NCBI RefSeq assembly: GCF_035710885.1
Contig: NZ_DASTCS010000038.1
Location: 14,273 to 78,272, forward strand
Direction: 5' to 3'
Length of the DNA stretch: 64,000 bases
Source of the DNA: Gaiella sp.
GTDB taxonomy: Bacteria; Actinomycetota; Thermoleophilia; Gaiellales; Gaiellaceae
Both the position numbers and the translations under genes were made by a program. The first letter of the stretch is position 1. Each line of letters opens with the position of its first letter. Of this stretch, positions 57,475-64,000 are shown one piece after another. The notes beneath the pieces were generated by a model. It searched no databases and was not told where the DNA came from. It saw only the letters and a program-made list of their open reading frames with translations.

Positions 57475-60356
57475 GGACGGTCCTTCCGGCACATCCGCCA
57501 GAGATCGCACCAGTGCGGGCATTCGCCCCCCTGCGGGTCGTGGCGGACGTCGCCCCCGCGGATGCGCTCGACGAGCCCGACAGCCGTCCCACGCGCGCTG
57601 TCGACCGCCTCGTCGAACTCGTCGGCCTCGAGGTAGTCGCGTGCGCTGAAGCCTGGCACCCCGTCGCCCCCGGCCCGCAGCATCCCGCGAGGCCGGCGAC
57701 CACCGCCGACGGGCACGTAGACGCCGCCCACCGGCTCCAGCCCGAGCTGCTGGCGCAGCACGAGCATGTAGAGCGGCAGCTGGAGCAGGTCGCGGTCGCG
57801 GATGTCGGAGGCCGACGCCGCAGCCCCCGACTTGTAGTCGATCACGATCCCGCGCGCTCCCATCGGGTCGCCGTCGACCCGGTCGATCTTGCCGCTCACG
57901 ACCACTCCGGGCTCGAGCGCGAAGGAGCGGAAGGAGACCTCGAGGTGGCGAGGCACGAAGGGTGACTTCGAGGCCGCCTCGTCGCGCACGAGCTGCTCGA
58001 GGTCGCGTTGGAGCCCCTGCTCGAGCTCGCGCCGGTCGAGGTCTCCGGCGTCGATGCGGAGGCCTGTCTCGACGGCGTCGGCGACGCACTCACGCATGAG
58101 GGTGACGGCCTGCTCGACATTCGCCTCGGTCACCCTGTCGGCGCCGGGGAGCGCGCTCGGAAGCTGCTGGTAGAACCGCTGCAGCGCCGCGTGGAGGATC
58201 GAGCCGCGCAGCATCCGGTCGATCTGCTTGTCGATGGTGGCCGGGCGGAGGTAGCGCTCCACGAACCAGGCCGACGAGCAGGAGGCCATGCGCTCGAGCT
58301 CCGACACGGAATACGCGTCCCTGCCTCCCATCAGCCGGAGAGCACGCTCGTGCGTCACGCGCGTCGGCCGATCGAACGCGCGGGACGCCCGGGACAACCT
58401 CCGGTCCCAGCCGTTCTCGCGGGCGAGCGCGGCCGCCTCCGCCGGGGTATCGGCAGCGATGCGCGCGAGCGCACGCAGCCGCTCGCGCTCGGTCGGAGCG
58501 GCCTCGAGCTCCGACGTCAGCGCCGACAGCGAACGGCGCGTCGTCTGGCGGCGGACATCGTCCTCGTCGAACAGCTCGCGCACGGCCTCCCAGAACGGGC
58601 TCGGCTCTCGCGGCGACCCCTCGTCGCCGACCGCCTGGCGGACGAGCACGAGCCTGCGGCGCGGCCGCGAGCACGCGGTGGCGAACAGGTAGCGGTCGCG
58701 ACTCGCCGTCTCCGGCCGCACGAGCCGGGCGCCCCGTTGCTCGTCGAGCGCCCGCCGCGACTCCTCGTCGAGGAACGGCTCCACGCGCGGCCGGCGCGGT
58801 AGCGAGCCCTGCTCGAGCCCCAGCACGAAGACGGTGTCGAATCGCCGCGTCCGGGCTCGCATCAGGTCGAGGACCGCGACCCGGCCGGGCGCGCCCGCCG
58901 GCTCCCCGCGTACGCCGGCGCGCTCGAGCGTCGCGAGCACGTCGCCCCGCGAGATCTCGAAGTCCCCGGCCGACAGGGCGTCGAGTTCGTCCAGCACCCT
59001 CGCCACAGCGTCGTGCCCCTGCAGATCCGACCGGGCGCGGGGCCCGAGCGGCGGCGCCGTCGTGCCGTGGGCGTTCCGCAGCATCGCGGCCGCAAGCCTG
59101 CGAACCGCGGCCGTCGGGGGGCCTTCGGCGAGGGCGAGATCGAGCGGCGGGAGCGACCTTCCGTCGCGGAGCTGGACGGTTACCTCCATCGCCCGGTCGC
59201 CGCGGCGGATTCCTCTGCCCCGCAGGCGGCCCTCGATCCAGTCGACGTCCTTTCGCTGGAGCCCGGAGTACGGCGAGCGGAGGTGCGCGTAGAGCTCTTG
59301 CCGCTCGCCGTCCAGCCAGGCGAAGCGGAGCAGGGAGAGAAGCGCATGCCCGAACGGCGTCGTTCGAAGGTGCCCCCGGCCTTCGAAGGCCACGGGCACG
59401 CCGAGGGCCGCGAACGCAGCACCCAGCGCGAGCCGGACCGCGTCGACAGAAGGGCAGACGACCGCGATCTCCGCAGGCGGCGTGCCACCGCGGATGAGGT
59501 CGAGCGCCTCCTCCGCGACCAGCTCGAACGTGCCGCGCGCACCCGCCCCCTCCAGGAACCGGATCGAGCCGTCGAGCGGAGCGCGAACCGGGGCTTCGCC
59601 GAACAGTGCGCGCTCCACGTGAGCGAGCCCCGCAGGAAGGAACTCCCCGGAGCGAGGCGGTAGCTCCACGACCGCGTCACCCGCGAGCGCGGAAAGGTCG
59701 CCGACCGTCCTTCGAAGCGACGCGTAGACCGCGCGCCCGGGCTCGTACGGAAGAGACACGTGGACGTCGGCCCGCGCGGAGAGCGCCTCGAGCAGCCGCC
59801 ACTCCGCGCCGGTCAGGTCCTCGAAGCCGTGGGCGAAGACCGGGCTCGCACCCCACGCACCGAGCTCGCCGGTGAGGCGCTCGATCGCGCGGCGCCGGAT
59901 CGACCCGCGATCCCACGCGTCGAGCCCTGCGAGCCGGCCGCGATACCCCCGCGCGAGGGAGGCGAGCGGCTCCGCAAGGTCGTCGGGCTCGAGCAGGGCA
60001 CCGTCGAGCTCGGCGAGGGCGCGGCCGGCCGCTTCGGCGAAGCCCGGGAAGCGTGCTCCTTCCCCGCGGGCGGCGTCGGCCAGCTCGCGGAGCAGGACCG
60101 TGCGCTCGGCATCGCCGAGGAGCCTCTTTCCCTCCCCGCCGCCGTGGGCGAGCGACTCGAACAGGGTGTCGAACGTGCCGACGGTCCCCGCCAGCAGCCC
60201 CCCGCAGCGCGCGATCAGCTCGCGCTCGAGCGGCTCGACGTCGGTGCGGTTCGGGACGATCAACCAGGGATCGCGCTCGATCGCCTCGACGAACCTGTCG
60301 AGCAGCAGCTCGACCTTCCCGGCGTGAGCCGGACCGACGACGAGGGAGAGTCCCAC
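57471..60356 (-). CDS. addB: Helicase-nuclease subunit B (AddB / AdnA-like; degenerate motor, RecB-type nuclease with Cys cluster)
   Basis: 961 aa. Walker-A-like GPAHAGKV. C-terminal nuclease region (GKIDRVD...VIDYKSG) ending in CPHWCDLWRMC. Confidence 0.8.
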   Translation of the reverse strand: MGLSLVVGPAHAGKVELLLDRFVEAIERDPWLIVPNRTDVEPLERELIARCGGLLAGTVGTFDTLFESLAHGGGEGKRLLGDAERTVLLRELADAARGEGARFPGFAEAAGRALAELDGALLEPDDLAEPLASLARGYRGRLAGLDAWDRGSIRRRAIERLTGELGAWGASPVFAHGFEDLTGAEWRLLEALSARADVHVSLPYEPGRAVYASLRRTVGDLSALAGDAVVELPPRSGEFLPAGLAHVERALFGEAPVRAPLDGSIRFLEGAGARGTFELVAEEALDLIRGGTPPAEIAVVCPSVDAVRLALGAAFAALGVPVAFEGRGHLRTTPFGHALLSLLRFAWLDGERQELYAHLRSPYSGLQRKDVDWIEGRLRGRGIRRGDRAMEVTVQLRDGRSLPPLDLALAEGPPTAAVRRLAAAMLRNAHGTTAPPLGPRARSDLQGHDAVARVLDELDALSAGDFEISRGDVLATLERAGVRGEPAGAPGRVAVLDLMRARTRRFDTVFVLGLEQGSLPRRPRVEPFLDEESRRALDEQRGARLVRPETASRDRYLFATACSRPRRRLVLVRQAVGDEGSPREPSPFWEAVRELFDEDDVRRQTTRRSLSALTSELEAAPTERERLRALARIAADTPAEAAALARENGWDRRLSRASRAFDRPTRVTHERALRLMGGRDAYSVSELERMASCSSAWFVERYLRPATIDKQIDRMLRGSILHAALQRFYQQLPSALPGADRVTEANVEQAVTLMRECVADAVETGLRIDAGDLDRRELEQGLQRDLEQLVRDEAASKSPFVPRHLEVSFRSFALEPGVVVSGKIDRVDGDPMGARGIVIDYKSGAAASASDIRDRDLLQLPLYMLVLRQQLGLEPVGGVYVPVGGGRRPRGMLRAGGDGVPGFSARDYLEADEFDEAVDSARGTAVGLVERIRGGDVRHDPQGGECPHWCDLWRMCRKDRP

Positions 60357-60458
60357 CGGCGCATGGTAGTCGGGCGGTTCTCGTGTTCCCGCTTACGCCG
60401 GCGGCGCCGGGCACGCGAAACCCGCTCGGAGCGGAGAGAAACGAACCGGGAGAGACCA

Positions 60459-60484
60459 GGGGCCCCGGCCGTCGCCGGAGCCCC
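60459..60484 (-). terminator. Terminator-like hairpin downstream of the small Zn-ribbon gene
   Basis: GGGGC-C-CCGGC-CGTC-GCCGG-A-GCCCC (10 bp plus one mismatch). On the minus strand it is followed by the T-rich TGGTCTCTCCCGGTTCGTTTCTCTCC. Confidence 0.5.
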
Positions 60485-60532
60485 TCGCAGGTACCGCTGC
60501 CGAAGCGCCTTCTCGACCGATCCAGGCGCTCC

Positions 60533-60727
60533 TCAGGCGAGCGACTTGGGCTTGCGTCCCCGTCGCGCCACGGCCGATCCGGGCATGCCTCCGGCGCACG
60601 AATCGCAGAGATCTGCGGCCTTCGCGCCGCGCCGCGCGTCGGTGAACGTGACTCGCATGACCGCGCCTTTTCCTTCCTCGACTTCGGCGCCGCACTTGTC
60701 GCAAACGAGCACTGTCTTTCGTGCCAC
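60533..60727 (-). CDS. Small CxxC...CxxC (zinc-ribbon-like) protein with a basic RGRKPK tail
   Basis: 64 aa from GTG 60727, with GGAGGGA 3 nt upstream. VARKTVLVCDKCGAEVEEGKGAVMRVTFTDARRGAKAADLCDSCAGGMPGSAVARRGRKPKSLA. Confidence 0.65.
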   Translation of the reverse strand: MARKTVLVCDKCGAEVEEGKGAVMRVTFTDARRGAKAADLCDSCAGGMPGSAVARRGRKPKSLA

Positions 60728-60863
60728 GATTCCCTCCAATTGCGAAAAACGCGGACGCGGTTTCCGCGAGATAGACGATGAGAACTCGGCGGCCATTATA
60801 CGCGCGGATTTCCGACATCTTCCAGCCCGGACTCGCAGGCCGACCGTCTACACTCCCGCCTCG

Positions 60864-61943
60864 ATGGATGCGCGAACGATCGTCGTCCTCGAAGGCGACC
60901 AGACGGGCCAGGAACTGCTCGAGGCCGCGATCCGCGTTCTCCAACCCGAGGTCGTCGGGCTGGAGCTCGAGCTGCCTCGCTTCGATCTCTCGCTGGCGAA
61001 GCGGCGGGAGACCTCGAATGCCATCGTGCACGAGGCCGCCCGCGCGATTGCCGCCCACGGTCTCGGGCTCAAGGCGGCGACGATCACCCCGGAAGGCCGT
61101 GACGACGTCGGCTCGCCGAATCGCATCCTGCGGGAGGACATAGGCGGGAAGGTGATCGTGCGCACCGGACGGCGGATTCCGGGGGTGCTCCCGGTCGGGG
61201 GTGTCCACTCGCCGATCTCGGTCGTGCGGATGGCCGTCGGCGACGCGTACGGTGCGAAGGAATGGCGGGAAGGCTCCGGCGACGACGAGGTCGCTCTGCG
61301 CACGGAGAGGATCGAGCGCCGCGTCTGCCGTGCGGTCGCGGAATTTGCATTTTGCCAGGCCGAGCGCACGGGAGCGAAGGTGTTCGGGGGACCGAAGTAC
61401 ACGGTCAGCCCGATCTACGAGGGAATGTTGAAGGAGGAGATGGACGCCGCCGCAGAGCGTCACCCGGAGGTCCCGTACGAGCCGCAGCTGATCGACGCGA
61501 CGTTCGCGCTCCTGATCTCGTCGAGCGGCGCGCCGATGGTGATTCCAGCGCTCAACCGCGACGGCGACATTCTCTCCGACCTCGTCCTGCCGCTGTTCGG
61601 GTCGATCGCGGGGTCGGAGTCGCTCCTCGTCGCCTTCGCCGACGAGGTGGTCGACCGCCCTTCGGCCCTGATGGCCGAGGCCGCCCACGGCACCGCGCCG
61701 GCGCTCGAGGGCAAGGACGTCGCGAACCCGATGGCGATGATCCTCGCCGCCGCCGCGCTTCTCGCGCACACGGACGACGAGGAGTGCCAGCAGGCTGGAC
61801 GGGCGATCCGGGAGGCGACCCTCGAGGCGGTGGCGGAGGGTGTCCGCACCGCCGACCTGAGCGGGCACCACGGGACGACGGCGTTCACCGACGAGGTGAT
61901 TCGCCGCACGCGGAGCAAGCTAGAGGTCTGGGCGACCCTGTAG
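60864..61943 (+). CDS. Isocitrate dehydrogenase (NADP, eukaryote-like homodimeric subfamily)-like protein
   Basis: 359 aa from ATG 60864. VVLEGDQTGQEL (compare VELDGDEMTR), KAATITPEG (compare KCATITPDE), NRDGDILSDLV (compare NYDGDVQSD). Noticeably shorter than my recollection of this subfamily. Confidence 0.7.
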   Translation: MDARTIVVLEGDQTGQELLEAAIRVLQPEVVGLELELPRFDLSLAKRRETSNAIVHEAARAIAAHGLGLKAATITPEGRDDVGSPNRILREDIGGKVIVRTGRRIPGVLPVGGVHSPISVVRMAVGDAYGAKEWREGSGDDEVALRTERIERRVCRAVAEFAFCQAERTGAKVFGGPKYTVSPIYEGMLKEEMDAAAERHPEVPYEPQLIDATFALLISSSGAPMVIPALNRDGDILSDLVLPLFGSIAGSESLLVAFADEVVDRPSALMAEAAHGTAPALEGKDVANPMAMILAAAALLAHTDDEECQQAGRAIREATLEAVAEGVRTADLSGHHGTTAFTDEVIRRTRSKLEVWATL

Positions 61944-61951
61944 CGCGGTTC

Positions 61952-62533
61952 TCAGGCGGCCGCTGCGGCCGAGCTCCAGACGATCTCGCCCGCGTCCAGG
62001 GCCGCGAGGAACGCGTCGGCGACGTCCGGGTCGAACTGGGTCCCGGAGCAGCGCTCGATCTCGCCCGCGGCTTCTGCTGGTGCGAGTGACGGACGGTAGG
62101 GCCGGCCGGCCGTCATCGCGTCGAACGCGTCGGCGACGGCGAGGATCCGCCCCTCGAGCGGGATCGCCGCGCCGGAGCGGCGGGTGGGGTAGCCGAGCCC
62201 GTCCCAGCGCTCGTGGTGGAAGAGCACGTACGGAAGCGCAGGCGCGAGTGTCGGCACGCCTGCGATCAGCCACATCCCTTCCACGGGGTGCGCCCGGATC
62301 TCGGCGAGCTCGTCCTCGTCGAGCCGCCCCGGCTTCCGCAACACCTCCGGCCGGAGGTTCACCTTGCCGACGTCGTGGAGAGCGGCGCCGAGCCGGAGCG
62401 CGTCGAGCCTCTCGCCCTCCCAGCCCATCCGGATGGCCACGACCTCCGCATTGGCGGCGACGCGCGCGGCGTGGGCCCCGAGGGCGGGATCGCAGACCTC
62501 CATCACGGTCGCGTAGGGGGCGAGTCGAGCCAC
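61952..62533 (-). CDS. Stand-alone HD-GYP domain protein (c-di-GMP phosphodiesterase-like)
   Basis: ALHDVGK ... HHERWDGLGYP ... AVADAFDAMTAGRPYR. Start uncertain: GTG 62533, ATG 62503 or GTG 62587. The remainder of track ORF 61952..63808 is antisense to pntAA and rejected. Confidence 0.8.
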   Translation of the reverse strand: MARLAPYATVMEVCDPALGAHAARVAANAEVVAIRMGWEGERLDALRLGAALHDVGKVNLRPEVLRKPGRLDEDELAEIRAHPVEGMWLIAGVPTLAPALPYVLFHHERWDGLGYPTRRSGAAIPLEGRILAVADAFDAMTAGRPYRPSLAPAEAAGEIERCSGTQFDPDVADAFLAALDAGEIVWSSAAAAA

Positions 62534-62587
62534 GGGCTGTCTGGTTCCCGCCGCGGAGCCGGAACCCTTCCCGTAGATTCCGTGCAC

Positions 62588-63712
62588 ATGCGAGTGTGCG
62601 TGCCCCGGGAGTCGGCGCCCGGCGAGAACCGGGTTGCCCTCACCCCCGAGGCGGCCGGAAAGCTTCAGTCGTCGGGGTTCGATGTCGTGGTGGAGCGAGG
62701 GGCCGGGGTGCTCGCAGGCTTCCCCGACGAGCGCTACGCGGAGGGAGGGGCCCAGCTCGCGGATCACGCGCAGCTGACCGACGCGGCCGAGGCGGTCGTG
62801 CGCGTCGCGACGCCGACCGCAGAGGAGGTCGCTGCGCTGCGACCCGGGGTCGTCCTGGTGGGGTTCCTCGAGCCGCTCACGGATGCGGAGGGCATCGCGC
62901 GCCTCCAGGCGAGGGGTGTCGTCGCATTCGCAATGGAGTCGATTCCGCGGATCACGCGCGCCCAGTCGATGGACGCCCTCTCGTCCCAGGCGACGATCGC
63001 GGGCTACAAGGGCGTGATCCTCGCCGCCGACCGCAGCCCGAAGCTCTTCCCGATGTTGATGACGGCTGCCGGCACGGTCGCGCCCGCGCGCACGCTCGTG
63101 ATCGGGGCGGGCGTCGCCGGCCTGCAGGCGATCGCCACCGCGCGGCGCCTCGGCGCAGTCGTGTCCGCGTTCGACGTGCGTCCCGCGGCCGCGGAGCAGG
63201 TCTCCTCCCTCGGCGCGACGTTCCTCGACCTCGGCGTGCGCGGCGAGGAGTCGGAGGGAGGCTACGCGAGGGAGCTGACCCCCGAGCAGCAAGCCCGGCA
63301 GCAGCAGGCGCTGGAGGAACGGCTCCCAGACTTCGACGTCGTGATCACGACGGCCGCCGTGCCGGGTCGGCCGGCGCCCAGGCTGATCCCCGGGCACGCG
63401 GTCGAGTCGATGAAGCCGGGCTCCGTGATCGTCGACCTCGCCTCGGAGAGCGGCGGGAACTGCGAGCTCACGGAGCCCGGGCGCGAGATCACACACATGG
63501 GCGTGACGATCGTCGGCCTCACGAACGTCGCGTCCCTGATGCCTGCCGACGCCAGCCGCCTCTACGCCCGCAACGTGACCGCGCTGCTCGAGCACCTTGC
63601 CCCGGGCGGGGTGCTCGACCTGGACTTCGAGGACGAGATCACGGCCGGCGCCTGCGTGGCCCGGCCCCCGGACGGCCCGACGGCGACCGGAACCGGCGAG
63701 GAGGACGCATGA
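62588..63712 (+). CDS. pntAA: NAD(P) transhydrogenase subunit alpha, part 1
   Basis: 374 aa. MRVCVPRESAPGENRVALTPEAAGKL, SMDALSSQATIAGYKGV, Rossmann VIGAGVAGLQAIATARRLGA. Confidence 0.9.
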   Translation: MRVCVPRESAPGENRVALTPEAAGKLQSSGFDVVVERGAGVLAGFPDERYAEGGAQLADHAQLTDAAEAVVRVATPTAEEVAALRPGVVLVGFLEPLTDAEGIARLQARGVVAFAMESIPRITRAQSMDALSSQATIAGYKGVILAADRSPKLFPMLMTAAGTVAPARTLVIGAGVAGLQAIATARRLGAVVSAFDVRPAAAEQVSSLGATFLDLGVRGEESEGGYARELTPEQQARQQQALEERLPDFDVVITTAAVPGRPAPRLIPGHAVESMKPGSVIVDLASESGGNCELTEPGREITHMGVTIVGLTNVASLMPADASRLYARNVTALLEHLAPGGVLDLDFEDEITAGACVARPPDGPTATGTGEEDA

Positions 63713-64000
63713 CAGACCTCGGGCTCGTCGTCGAGCTGACGATCCTCGTGCTCGCGATCTTCCTCGGGTTCGAAGTGATCTCGAAGGTGCCGACCATGCT
63801 GCACACACCGCTGATGTCGGGATCGAACTTCATCCACGGGATCGTGATCGTGGGGGCGATCGTGGTGCTCGGGCACGCCGACGACGGCTTCACCAAAGCG
63901 GTCGGATTCGTGGCGATGGTGCTCGCGACCGCCAACGTCGTGGGCGGCTGGTTCGTGACCGACCGCATGCTCGAGATGTTCAAGCGCCGGCCCGACGAGC
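63709..64000 (+). CDS. pntAB: NAD(P) transhydrogenase subunit alpha, part 2 (membrane part); 3' end outside the window
   Basis: Not in the track because it is open at the window end. ATG 63709 overlaps the pntAA stop (ATGA). MTDLGLVVELTILVLAIFLGFEVISKVPTMLHTPLMSGSNFIHGIVIVGAIVVLG...VVGGWFVTDRMLEMFKRR is the canonical PntAB sequence pattern. Confidence 0.85.
   Translation, partial: MTDLGLVVELTILVLAIFLGFEVISKVPTMLHTPLMSGSNFIHGIVIVGAIVVLGHADDGFTKAVGFVAMVLATANVVGGWFVTDRMLEMFKRRPDE

Noticed and set aside
62534-63808. N-terminal ~425 aa of track ORF 61952..63808 (would make a 618-aa HD-GYP protein)
   Set aside because: This part is antisense to pntAA/pntAB, which have canonical sequences. It is low-complexity and contains no sensor domain, and HD-GYP homology starts only near 62500.

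Overview
Very GC-rich bacterial chromosomal segment. Third codon positions are almost all G/C. Gene content looks actinobacterial (MMPL transporter, LMW-PTP-type ArsC plus ACR3, AddAB/AdnAB-like helicase-nuclease, many GTG/TTG starts), but I cannot assign a taxon from sequence alone. I call about 58 protein-coding genes, 2 tRNAs (initiator tRNA-Met CAU and tRNA-Leu UAA), one gene remnant, several strong hairpins and a few repeats. I saw no rRNA, CRISPR array, transposase, integrase or phage genes. Main blocks, left to right: housekeeping genes (YqgE/AlgH, sigma-70, cspA, infA, acetoacetyl-CoA synthetase, aldo-keto reductase, sulfotransferase, gltA); a MacB-type ABC exporter; a sugar ABC uptake system; a small resistance-like stretch next to initiator tRNA-Met (aminoglycoside nucleotidyltransferase-like, VOC/glyoxalase, arsR-arsM-arsC-acr3, secreted hydrolase, Tat multicopper oxidase); Ppx/GppA, UxuA-like and SDR genes; a PAP2 / small protein / MMPL / membrane hydrolase lipid-type locus; a tightly coupled 7-gene CBS-RIC-narK-narGHJI operon with a divergent Rrf2 regulator; gdh, tRNA-Leu, DUF3105-like, rmuC, trxB and a GT39-like membrane protein; an addB-addA-phosphoesterase-nth repair operon; and a small Zn-ribbon protein, an IDH-like gene, an HD-GYP gene and pntAA/pntAB. 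The six-frame track is heavily polluted by long spurious ORFs (antisense or out of frame, Arg/Pro/Gly/Ala-rich), as expected at this GC content. Many listed ORFs also carry false 5' extensions, which I trimmed using homology-type N-termini, SD-like motifs and stop/start overlaps. I did not find an unambiguous novel multi-gene system. The observations most worth follow-up are: (1) a 36-bp inverted-repeat pair bracketing a 385-bp segment with a truncated ABC-ATPase gene, in the control region of the MMPL locus; (2) the Rrf2 / CBS-Cys-tail / RIC / nar supraoperon; (3) a heavily structured spacer with a perfect 20-bp AT-rich palindrome and a tRNA-like fragment; (4) a MacB-type exporter associated with two dimeric alpha-beta-barrel proteins; (5) a 64-aa CxxC...CxxC protein with an RGRKPK tail. 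All functional calls come from motif recognition by eye, with no database search.
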